DNA of 64,000 bases from Candidatus Micrarchaeota archaeon (GTDB lineage Archaea; Micrarchaeota; Micrarchaeia; Micrarchaeales; CABMGC01): assembly GCA_021803425.1 (NCBI GenBank), contig JAJZLN010000007.1:7583-71582 (forward strand). Direction: 5' to 3'. Below the pieces are notes generated by a model. It was not told the origin of the DNA. It did not search any database and worked only from the letters and a program-made list of their open reading frames with translations. The position numbers were made by a program, and so were the translations under genes. This document shows positions 18,657 through 26,836 of the stretch, in pieces. Each line of letters starts with the position of its first letter. The first letter of the stretch is position 1.

Positions 18657-19412
18657 TCATATAGCGTAAGAAATTAACCCAGAAGCCATCCTCATCACGG
18701 CCGTGCCTATTATCGTTACCTGCAGCGCATTCACAAACGCGCTGCCTCTGTCCTCTATTCTGAACGCGTTCATTACATAGCTCATCAATGCGATATACGC
18801 TGTTACTATGATGCCAAAGAATCTTGCTGCCGAATAGAGCGAAGCTGCGGACATTGCGCTTGACGCTATTATTATGCTTTCGCATATGCCTCCGAAGAGA
18901 GGCACGAAGAATGCCACTCCGATATAAGACAGGCTGTCCATGCTCAGTGAGTTCTGCATCATTCTGTTCCTTCCCTCCATCCTGTTCTCCATGTTGCTTA
19001 TGAATGCGTTAAGGCTGCTGCCTATGTTGCTTCCAGACGAGACTCCAAAGGACACTATCTCCCCCAGTTCTGCGGCGTCTTCGCTTACTTCCGCAACGCC
19101 AAATTCGTCCAGGCTGTCTCCGATATCCATCCTTTTTGCCATTATCTTAAATGGTTTGGGCGCGGAAGCCATTGCGCTGGCTTTCCTGAGCGCCTGCCTC
19201 AAACCCCTGCCCTCCAGCTCCTTTCTAAGGCTCTTCGCAAACACCAATAAATCATAATCCTGTTTCTTTTCCCTTTTCCTGCAGAGGTAAAAATACATGA
19301 TCGATGACGCTACAGACGCTATCAGCATATATCCTACCAGCATCGACACTGCCAGCAATGACATCTGCACTGCCGCGTAAGCGTATTTTTCCCTATCCAA
19401 AAAATCTACCAT
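18657..19412 (-). CDS. Pilus platform membrane protein, TadC/FlaJ-like half (T2SS F-type domain)
   Basis: 251 aa with N-terminal TM helices, a cytoplasmic helical domain and C-terminal TM helices. It is a paralog-like neighbour of 19393..20100 and lies downstream of the secretion ATPase. Confidence 0.6.
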   Translation of the reverse strand: MVDFLDREKYAYAAVQMSLLAVSMLVGYMLIASVASSIMYFYLCRKREKKQDYDLLVFAKSLRKELEGRGLRQALRKASAMASAPKPFKIMAKRMDIGDSLDEFGVAEVSEDAAELGEIVSFGVSSGSNIGSSLNAFISNMENRMEGRNRMMQNSLSMDSLSYIGVAFFVPLFGGICESIIIASSAMSAASLYSAARFFGIIVTAYIALMSYVMNAFRIEDRGSAFVNALQVTIIGTAVMRMASGLISYAI

Positions 19413-20100
19413 TGAATGCCCTGCACGAGAATGAATATGCCATTGGCACTGCGAGCACCAACATGAATGACAACGCTTCCGTGCTTGCAGACGCTTCTGA
19501 TATGAGCATGCTCCCTATGAATGAAAACATGAGGAAAGAAGGCGCAATAGTCGATATGAACATGTTAAGCGTCGCATACCGGTTGGAAAGCGCTACTGAC
19601 CGCGTCATGCTCTCCTTCCTGTCTGATTCATAAATTTCATGCAATTTACCTAGATCAAACCTGCTCATGTCAATTCCATTCAGCAACTTTCCGCGCAGTT
19701 CCTTATGCTTCAGAAGCGCCAACTCCAGGGAGTCTTCAGCTCCCTGCCCAAAATAAACCCTTCTGCCAACCTCATCAAGGATGATTGCTACTTTCATTGG
19801 CTTCACCGAGCGCGCTGCGGTCCTTATCGATTTCAGCAGCGGCATTCCAGATGAATTGTAATATGAAACCCTGCCAAGCCCTTTTGCAAGGCAATCCGCC
19901 TCGGACCTCAGCGCTCGCAACGATCTTGACCTAGAATATAATGCGTATATCACGGCAAACGAGGATATGCATGGGATGAAATACATCAGGAATCCGGTAA
20001 AGTTAAGGCTGGAGTTTGCATATGCGATTACTATGGCAAGCGATGCTGCTCCCAGCGCCACAGCAGCAGTCTCAGCATATTTCAGTTTACCATCCTTCAT
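19393..20100 (-). CDS. Pilus platform membrane protein, TadB/FlaJ-like half (T2SS F-type domain)
   Basis: 235 aa with the same TM / cytoplasmic / TM layout. It overlaps the ATPase gene by 14 nt. Confidence 0.6.
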   Translation of the reverse strand: MKDGKLKYAETAAVALGAASLAIVIAYANSSLNFTGFLMYFIPCISSFAVIYALYSRSRSLRALRSEADCLAKGLGRVSYYNSSGMPLLKSIRTAARSVKPMKVAIILDEVGRRVYFGQGAEDSLELALLKHKELRGKLLNGIDMSRFDLGKLHEIYESDRKESMTRSVALSNRYATLNMFISTIAPSFLMFSFIGSMLISEASASTEALSFMLVLAVPMAYSFSCRAFNGRFFG

Positions 20101-21586
20101 ACATCTTCACCGCTTCTTCAACAGATTTGTATACTCCGGTGTCCGTAGCCTTTGTCGCTATGAACTTTGACCTTCTGTCCAATTCCTTCAGCGCATCCTT
20201 CACTGTTATTCCATGCATCCTTGCATAAGATCCAATGACCTTTGACTCTTTCAGAGCGCTCCTGTCAAGCACAGATCCTGAAGCAATGTCGCAGATATTA
20301 ACCATCTCCTCTTCAGATACCTCCGTCCCTTCCATAGTCTCCGCCCTGCTCAGCCATCTGTATTCGGATATGCTCGAAAGCGATCTTCTGCTTATGTCTG
20401 CCTGCTTCATATAAACTGCAATATCAAGCATGCTCAGGCTCTTTATCTCAACACACATCGGCTTGACTATCAGCTTCTTGAGTATCTGCATCCCTCCCTC
20501 ATTGCTATGCATTGTGGCTGCAAATGATATGCCAAGATTTGCGCTCATGAACAGATCCCTGGCTTCCTCGCCCCTCATCTCCCCAAGGAATATCCTGCCC
20601 GGTCTCATCCTCAGTGAATTTATCACCTGTTCCTTTGGGTTTATCGAGCCGTACCTGGAACCGTAAAGCCCAACTACGTTGTTCATGCCCGTGCTGTTTA
20701 TCTCATTTATGTCCTCTTCTATGGTAATTATCTTCTCATTAGAAGGCACAAATGCCGCAAGCGCGCTGAGAAGCGTGGTCTTTCCGCTGGCTGGGGCTCC
20801 GGATATCACCATGTTCTGTTTTGCCTCGAAAGCGATCCACAGATAGGCAAGCATATCGGCATCTGCGGTCCTGTTTTCCATGAGGTACCTAAGGTTTATG
20901 TCCTTGCGCCCGCCTATCCTTATGGTTGCTGCAGCCCCGCTTAGCGCATACGGTTTTATCTGTGCATGGAGCCTCAGGTTTTCAATCTGCGCATCTATTA
21001 TGGGCGTGCCATCGCTAAGCTCCTTTTCAGTGTTGCTTATCATGCGGTTTATGGTGCTCCTGAACTGCTGCGCACCGGCGAACCGCAGGTTTGTAAGGCA
21101 CCTTCCATATCTCGGCAAAAAGACGCTTATGCACGAATCCGGCGAGTTTATCTCTATTTCCTCTATATTGTGCCTGTCTTCCATCAGTATGCTTATCGGT
21201 CCGTATCCTGCAGTGTCATGCGCTATTATATATGAAAGCATATCTATCCTCTCCGGGCTTGCTACGCTCGAAAGCACGGACTTAGCCAAAGCCTTCACAT
21301 TCTCTATATCTCTTTCATATGCCGCATCGCTTGAAGACAGTATGGATATAATTTTCCCCTTTGCGTTTTCTGCCTTCCTGAGCTCATCAGGCCTTATGTC
21401 TGCATATATCGAATACATGTATCCGTTCCCAGATTTTGTTATGGCTCTCAATGGATACCCAAATTCCTCTATTCGGTCTGTGGCCTCTGCGCGCTCGAAG
21501 CAAAATCCGAGCTTCGCTCCCCTCTCAATGTCCATTTGCTGCTTTCCAAGCAGCGCATTAATGCGGTTGCCGATGTCTGCAAACAT
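20087..21586 (-). CDS. Type II/IV secretion-family ATPase (FlaI/TadA/PilB-like)
   Basis: 499 aa. Motifs are Walker A (ISGAPASGKTTLL), an Asp box (IITIEEDINE), Walker B (RPGRIFLGEMRGEEA) and a His box (FAATMHSN). Confidence 0.88.
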   Translation of the reverse strand: MFADIGNRINALLGKQQMDIERGAKLGFCFERAEATDRIEEFGYPLRAITKSGNGYMYSIYADIRPDELRKAENAKGKIISILSSSDAAYERDIENVKALAKSVLSSVASPERIDMLSYIIAHDTAGYGPISILMEDRHNIEEIEINSPDSCISVFLPRYGRCLTNLRFAGAQQFRSTINRMISNTEKELSDGTPIIDAQIENLRLHAQIKPYALSGAAATIRIGGRKDINLRYLMENRTADADMLAYLWIAFEAKQNMVISGAPASGKTTLLSALAAFVPSNEKIITIEEDINEINSTGMNNVVGLYGSRYGSINPKEQVINSLRMRPGRIFLGEMRGEEARDLFMSANLGISFAATMHSNEGGMQILKKLIVKPMCVEIKSLSMLDIAVYMKQADISRRSLSSISEYRWLSRAETMEGTEVSEEEMVNICDIASGSVLDRSALKESKVIGSYARMHGITVKDALKELDRRSKFIATKATDTGVYKSVEEAVKMYEGW

Positions 21587-21754
21587 AAAATCTTTTACTT
21601 AAGTATAAGTTTGTATATTATAGTATAAAAACATTAATAAACATATACGGTTGCCACGTGCAAGTATTGGCTTGAAGTATAAATGTTTGTAGGCAGCTAA
21701 AACAAAGTATATATTTATAAAAGTTAATATGTAAGGATAATTGGGGTCATCAAT

Positions 21755-22084
21755 ATGGCTAAGGTAGAGAAAGACAACGATGAGATATGGCTTCTCAGGA
21801 AGATATTCAGCAAGCCTAATTATGCGGTCCTTGACCTGCTGATGGTGAAGTCGCCGAGGACTACAAGGGAATTATATACCCTGCTCGGAAAGAAGTTCAC
21901 GCGCAAGACGCTTATAATAACCCTAAGGAGCCTTTCAATGAACATGAACGTGCTGCAGCCCACACATATACGCACGGAGAGGGGCTACGATCTCGGGTAC
22001 AACATAAATCCGAAGCTGAAGGAAGTCGTAAAGTACATGAAGAAATTCGAGAAGACAGTTGAGAACATATCCTCGCCCAAATAA
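21755..22084 (+). CDS. Small winged-helix DNA-binding protein, divergent from the pilus operon
   Basis: 109 aa. The region LDLLMVKSPRTTRELYTLLGKKFTRKTLIITLRSL resembles an ArsR/TrmB-type wHTH. It shares a 168-bp A/T-rich intergenic region with the ATPase gene. Confidence 0.5.
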   Translation: MAKVEKDNDEIWLLRKIFSKPNYAVLDLLMVKSPRTTRELYTLLGKKFTRKTLIITLRSLSMNMNVLQPTHIRTERGYDLGYNINPKLKEVVKYMKKFEKTVENISSPK

Positions 22085-22169
22085 CACGTTTTTGCAGACA
22101 AAGCGTACGCATTTACTGGCAAAATTACAAACCCTTTTATTAGTAATCGGCTATTTTAGATAGGATATA

Positions 22170-22883
22170 ATGATACTTAACAAACCCTATGTAATAGCAA
22201 GCATAAAGAAGACCACAAGGGATGTTACCACATTTACGTTCAAGTCCCAGGACGGAACAAAAATAGACTTCAGCCCAGGCATGTTTGCAATGCTCACGTA
22301 CAAGGATCCTGCAACCGGAGAGAAGACAGCGAGGGCATTCTCCATAGCAAACACCCCGCCTTCAGACACACTTGATTTTTTCATCTCAATGATACATGGA
22401 AAGCTTACCTCAAAGCTTGAATCCGCAAAGGTCGGCGATGTATATTATATGTCCGCTCCATATGGGCAGTTCAAGTACGAGCAGAAGCAGGGTGAGAAGC
22501 TCCTGTTCCTTGCTGGCGGAACCGGCCTTGCGCCATTCTTTTCCATGCTTGAATACATAATAGGCAGGAATGAGAAGCCTGACATAGTCCTCATATACAG
22601 CGTAAAGTATCCGTATGACATAATAGAAAAGGAGAAATTATCGGAAATGATAAGCCTGCTCGGAGGCAAGCTTGCAGTCACAGTGACGAGGCATACTCCT
22701 GATGACGGATGGAACGGGGATTCTGGACATGTCGACGCTAAAATGATACTTAAATATGCGCCTGACGCAAAGGAAAGGACAAGCTATATATGCGGCCCTC
22801 CGGCGTTTGTGAAGGCACTGAAGGACGCGCTCGTATCGCTTGGAATAAATGACAGGGAGATCAAGGCCGAGATGTGGGGCTAG
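22170..22883 (+). CDS. FNR-family FAD/NAD(P)-binding oxidoreductase
   Basis: It has RAFSIAN (the R-x-Y/F-S FAD motif), GGTGLAPF (the NAD(P) motif) and a C-terminal YICGPPAF. No Fe-S Cys cluster is seen. Confidence 0.75.
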   Translation: MILNKPYVIASIKKTTRDVTTFTFKSQDGTKIDFSPGMFAMLTYKDPATGEKTARAFSIANTPPSDTLDFFISMIHGKLTSKLESAKVGDVYYMSAPYGQFKYEQKQGEKLLFLAGGTGLAPFFSMLEYIIGRNEKPDIVLIYSVKYPYDIIEKEKLSEMISLLGGKLAVTVTRHTPDDGWNGDSGHVDAKMILKYAPDAKERTSYICGPPAFVKALKDALVSLGINDREIKAEMWG

Positions 22884-23451
22884 GCGGACGCACAAAACAC
22901 TTCCTGCATCTGGCTTCATAAAGGTCCCTGCCGCCTATCTGCATCTGCCTTCCGAATTGTTCTGCATTATCCCTGACTCTCTGAGTGAAGGTTGCAACGC
23001 CTCCGCATTTTGAGCATTTCGAGCGCAGTACATGTATCTCATCGGCATGGGGCATGATCTCTGTTGCAATGCTGAACGCTTCCCCCATCGCATCCCTGTT
23101 CAGCAGCGATACATATACCTCTTTGCCGGCAAACGCTATCTGATTCAGCATCTTGCAGAACCCTTCAGTTTCATGCCAGAACTGCCCCTCGTCAATCCCT
23201 ATCACATCGTTTCCATTTGAAGCCATGTAAAGCATGCGCATGCATTCGGGTCCGCGCGGCAGCACCATAGCGCTGAAAGTAAGCCCATCATGCGTCACTA
23301 CCCCGTTAAGGCTATATCTGTTATCCATATCCGACTTGAACATAGTGACTTTCTTGCCAGACCGTGCGGCTTCTGCAAGCAGATTGATCAGCATTGTGGT
23401 CTTTCCTGAAAACATCGGCCCTGTGATAACTACAAGTTTTCCCATCTCCAT
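22861..23451 (-). CDS. tdk: Thymidine kinase (TK1 family)
   Basis: It has the P-loop ITGPMFSGKTT, the motif IGIDEGQF and the zinc ribbon CSKCGG...ARCRKCF. Confidence 0.9.
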   Translation of the reverse strand: MEMGKLVVITGPMFSGKTTMLINLLAEAARSGKKVTMFKSDMDNRYSLNGVVTHDGLTFSAMVLPRGPECMRMLYMASNGNDVIGIDEGQFWHETEGFCKMLNQIAFAGKEVYVSLLNRDAMGEAFSIATEIMPHADEIHVLRSKCSKCGGVATFTQRVRDNAEQFGRQMQIGGRDLYEARCRKCFVRPPSPTSRP

Positions 23452-23517
23452 AGAAACAAGTATATACCAATTCAGAAATATTATTTAACTTTTTCACTAA
23501 ATTGATATTGTGATTCT

Positions 23518-24021
23518 ATGGATTATATAAGAAGCGCATTAAGAGTAATGGATAGAATAATAGGATTCCCGGTTGCATATGCACACTGCGACATTCCATG
23601 CGGCATATACGACCCTCATGCTGCGCAGGTCGCTGCGCATACTGTGGTAAGGATGGACATGCTCATTTCCGACATTATGAAGAACGGAGGGCAGACAGCA
23701 GAGGACAGGAACAAGCTTGTAAGGTGCGTCAGCATAAAGGAGCAGCATGCAGAGATAGTGAAGCACGAAGTCGCAGTCATATGGGGAGACTATATGAAGC
23801 CCGAGCATGCAAATGCGCACCCTGAACTGCACGAACTTGTATGGAACACGCTCAAGCTTGCCGGAAAGGCAAAGCAGAGCACGGACATTAAGGATGCGGA
23901 GGCGCTGCTGGAAAGCGTGCAGAAATTTGCAGAGGCATTTTGGGCTACGAAGAATGTGCCTACAACAAGGGCAAAGTCATTCTATCCTACGGAAAGGACA
24001 TTCGTTTATCCAAAAGTATAA
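23518..24021 (+). CDS. sodN: Nickel-containing superoxide dismutase precursor
   Basis: A 22-aa propeptide is followed by the Ni-hook HCDIPCGIYDP (His codon at 23584). IKEQHAEIVKHEVAVIWGDYMKPEHANAHPELHELVWNTLK closely parallels Streptomyces SodN as I remember it. Confidence 0.88.
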   Translation: MDYIRSALRVMDRIIGFPVAYAHCDIPCGIYDPHAAQVAAHTVVRMDMLISDIMKNGGQTAEDRNKLVRCVSIKEQHAEIVKHEVAVIWGDYMKPEHANAHPELHELVWNTLKLAGKAKQSTDIKDAEALLESVQKFAEAFWATKNVPTTRAKSFYPTERTFVYPKV

Positions 24022-24023
24022 TC

Positions 24024-24311
24024 ATGAAGCTTCCAATAAAGATATTTCGGGTAGCAGAGCGCAGCATGGAGCCGACGATACACAGCGGAGCGTACGTGCT
24101 CGCCAACTGCCTCAAGCCAAAGGTGAGGCCCGGCGACATAGTAGTCATAAGGTATCCTAAGGAGGGCATAATCATGGTGAAGAGGGTGTCTAGCATCAAC
24201 GGAGACGAGGTATTCATACAGGGGGACAATCCGAAGGAGAGCTTGGACAGCAGGCACTTCGGCGCAGTAAAAAGCGGGGATGTAATAGGAAAGGTAATAA
24301 GGATATTTTAG
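24024..24311 (+). CDS. sodX: S26-family signal-peptidase-like protease (NiSOD maturation protease SodX-like)
   Basis: The track ORF is 23940..24311; the ATG at 24024 sits 2 nt after the sodN stop. It has the catalytic-Ser motif RSMEPT, then VKRV and GDNPKESLDSRHFG. Confidence 0.8.
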   Translation: MKLPIKIFRVAERSMEPTIHSGAYVLANCLKPKVRPGDIVVIRYPKEGIIMVKRVSSINGDEVFIQGDNPKESLDSRHFGAVKSGDVIGKVIRIF

Positions 24312-24320
24312 CCATTCTTT

Positions 24321-24932
24321 ATGTTAACTTCCATGGGTTTTGCCGTGAAATGGAGTGAAAGTCTTAAAAAACAGTCTAATACCCTAGAACGAATAACAAA
24401 AAACGCCAGGGTCAATGCAGGCATATCCAAAGTCGAGGACATCTTCAGGAAAACAAAGGGGTTCCACTATTTTACTGGTGTAGGAAAGAACGGACATGTC
24501 GCCGCACATCTTGCATCAACATTCAATTCGCTTGGCATAAGGAGCATGTTCGTCGATCCTGTCAACACGCTCCATGGAGACATGGGTATCTTTACCGATA
24601 ATGACCTTGTAATTGCGATATCAAAGAGCGGAGAAACAGACGAGCTGGTCCGCTTCCTCAGTGCGCTTAAAAAGATGGGATTCGACAACATAATATGTGT
24701 GACCTCTAAAAATAACTCACGCATAGAAAGACTCTCGAAGAATTCGCTGATAATACCAATAGAGGATGAAGGGGACCATATCGGCAATATGGCTCCAATA
24801 GCTTCCACGCTTTCCTATCTTGCAGTCCTGCAATCCATAGCGGTACAGCTTAGTTCCGAGAAAGGATTCACAAAAGAAGATTTTCTGCGCTCGCATCCTG
24901 GAGGCGCAATAGGGAGAAGCTCCAAGGAATGA
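24321..24932 (+). CDS. SIS-domain sugar-phosphate isomerase (KdsD/KpsF-like, no CBS pair)
   Basis: The sequence GVGKNGHVAAHLASTFNSLGIRSMFVDPVNTLHGDMG...AISKSGETDE...FLRSHPGGAIGR parallels the SIS domain of arabinose-5-phosphate isomerase. Confidence 0.75.
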   Translation: MLTSMGFAVKWSESLKKQSNTLERITKNARVNAGISKVEDIFRKTKGFHYFTGVGKNGHVAAHLASTFNSLGIRSMFVDPVNTLHGDMGIFTDNDLVIAISKSGETDELVRFLSALKKMGFDNIICVTSKNNSRIERLSKNSLIIPIEDEGDHIGNMAPIASTLSYLAVLQSIAVQLSSEKGFTKEDFLRSHPGGAIGRSSKE

Positions 24933-24936
24933 CATA

Positions 24937-26466
24937 ATGGCACCAAAGTACATGATAATACAAGCAGGGGGCAAAGGCACGCGCATGGGTCATCTCACCG
25001 CTAACAAGCCCAAATGCCTTATACCAATCGACGGAAAACCAATGCTGTACTCAATTGGCGAAGAGCTCAAAGGCTCAAAGATACTAATAATTTCTGATTA
25101 CAAGTCCGGTGTCCTCAAAACATATCTGAAATGCTTTCCGCCGAAATTCGATTATAAAATAATAGATGCGACTGGTAACGGAACGTGCGCAGGCATAGCG
25201 AAGGCCCTAAAAGAGGTGCCTCGTGGAAGTAGCTTCGGAATAATCTGGTCCGACCTATTTTTCACTAAGCGCCCCAAATTCCCCAGAAGAGGGAATTACA
25301 TAGGCATAACAAAAAAACTCATGTGCAGATGGAGAATCGAAGATGGCGTTCTGGTAGAAGATGCAGGCAAGCATAATGGCGTAATAGGGTTTTTCATATT
25401 CAAAGACAAAACCCTGCTGGACGGGCTCCCGAACGAAGGCGAATTTGTAAGATTCCTTAAGGACAAAGGCACCAATATTACCCCTTTTGTAGTAGACAAT
25501 GTGTTGGAAATTGGCACCTTGGATGCGTACAACGCGCTAAATGCAAATTCCATAAACTCAAGATTCTTCAATAAAGTAATAATAAAAGGCGGCACTGTCA
25601 CTAAGGAAGCAAGGTACAGCGAATTCTCCCACCTTCTTGACGATGAAATAAACTGGTACAAATTCGTCATGAAAAATGGCTACAGCAATATACCCGATTT
25701 GATCTCATTCAAGCCCTTAAAGATGAAGAAAATAGACGGAGTGCAGCCACATCATATGCATGAATGCAGCAATTCACAGAAACAGCGCTATCTCAATTCA
25801 ATATTCGATGCGCTTGGCCAGCTGCATTCAATTGGGTCAATGCCATCTAAAACCGGCGCGCTGAATGATGTATATATCAAAAAAACGCTTCAAAGGATAG
25901 AGAAGATATCAAAAATAGTTCCTGGCGCAGACTGCGATAGTTTCACAATAAACGGAAAGCGCGTAAAGAACCTGATGAATCCAAAATATAAAAACAGAAT
26001 CGGAGAGCTTGTAGGTAATATAGAATTGCAGAAAAGCTTTACTGTTATACACGGTGATCCAACATTCTCAAACACGCTTATAGAGAAAAACACTGGAAAG
26101 GTATTCTTCATAGACCCGCGCGGATACTTCGGAAACACAAAGATATACGGTGATCCTATGTACGACTATTCAAAGCTGTACTACTCTGTTTATGGAAACT
26201 ACGATAAATTCAATGAAAGGGATTTTAGCATAGATATTGATGGCAGGAATGTTTCACTTAGTATAAGCAGCTCCGGATGGGAGGGCATGGCAAAGATGTT
26301 CGAGGAAAGGTTTGCCGAAAGTATAGGCAATATAAAGATCCTGCATTCATTGATATGGCTCTCACTTGCAGGTTATGTTACCGATGACGTAGATTCTATG
26401 CTAGGCGCATACTTTCACGGCATTGAGCTCTTCGAAGACGTATGGGATGAATATGGTCCTACTTAA
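24937..26466 (+). CDS. Bifunctional sugar-phosphate nucleotidyltransferase / APH-ChoK-type kinase
   Basis: The N-terminus IIQAGGKGTRMGHLTANKPKCLIPIDGKPML is an NTP-transferase signature. The C-terminus has IHGDPTFSNTLI and FIDPRG, the Brenner and DxG motifs of phosphotransferases. Confidence 0.7.
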   Translation: MAPKYMIIQAGGKGTRMGHLTANKPKCLIPIDGKPMLYSIGEELKGSKILIISDYKSGVLKTYLKCFPPKFDYKIIDATGNGTCAGIAKALKEVPRGSSFGIIWSDLFFTKRPKFPRRGNYIGITKKLMCRWRIEDGVLVEDAGKHNGVIGFFIFKDKTLLDGLPNEGEFVRFLKDKGTNITPFVVDNVLEIGTLDAYNALNANSINSRFFNKVIIKGGTVTKEARYSEFSHLLDDEINWYKFVMKNGYSNIPDLISFKPLKMKKIDGVQPHHMHECSNSQKQRYLNSIFDALGQLHSIGSMPSKTGALNDVYIKKTLQRIEKISKIVPGADCDSFTINGKRVKNLMNPKYKNRIGELVGNIELQKSFTVIHGDPTFSNTLIEKNTGKVFFIDPRGYFGNTKIYGDPMYDYSKLYYSVYGNYDKFNERDFSIDIDGRNVSLSISSSGWEGMAKMFEERFAESIGNIKILHSLIWLSLAGYVTDDVDSMLGAYFHGIELFEDVWDEYGPT

Positions 26467-26836
26467 CCTGTCAAATTTAAGGAAGACATGGATAATCGAT
26501 GTAGATGGAGTGATATTTGCACACAATAAATATCTTGGAGTTAAAGGGATGTCTGAGAAGCCGCTTCCGGGCGTTGTAAAATTCATGAAAAAAATCGATA
26601 GCAAAGATTATGTTATAATAATCACTGCAAGGCATGAAAGATACAGATCGCTAACGCAAAAGCTGCTCAAGAAAAACAGGATAAGGTATAATCTTCTTCT
26701 GATGGACATGCCGAAGGGCGAAAGGATACTAATAAACGACAAAAAGCCCGGAGGGCTCAAGACCGCATATGCAATAAACCTAAATAGAGACAGCGGAACA
26801 TCAAAAATAAAAATAAAACAAAGTGATATTTTTTGA
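26453..26836 (+). CDS. Small HAD-like hydrolase or phosphatase (tentative)
   Basis: WIIDVDGVI resembles HAD motif I, and IIITAR resembles motif II. The start is ambiguous, with the track ORF beginning at 26423. Confidence 0.4.
   Translation: MVLLNLSNLRKTWIIDVDGVIFAHNKYLGVKGMSEKPLPGVVKFMKKIDSKDYVIIITARHERYRSLTQKLLKKNRIRYNLLLMDMPKGERILINDKKPGGLKTAYAINLNRDSGTSKIKIKQSDIF

Noticed and set aside
21640-21665. ttgccacgtgcaa in the control region between the pilus operon and the wHTH gene, considered as a possible palindromic operator.
   Set aside because: Only the central CACGTG hexamer is truly palindromic. The flanks do not pair, so it is not distinguishable from chance.
22861-22883. A 23-nt convergent overlap between the FNR-like gene and tdk, considered as a possible antisense regulatory arrangement.
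   Set aside because: The tdk ORF has a non-conserved C-terminal tail after its second CxxC. The overlap is most simply a late stop codon with no evidence of function.
23940-24023. A 5' extension of the sodX ORF that overlaps the sodN 3' end in another frame.
   Set aside because: The extension (MGYEECAYNKGKVILSYGKDIRLSKSII) has no peptidase similarity. The ATG at 24024 lies just after the sodN stop and gives a typical short S26-like N-terminus.
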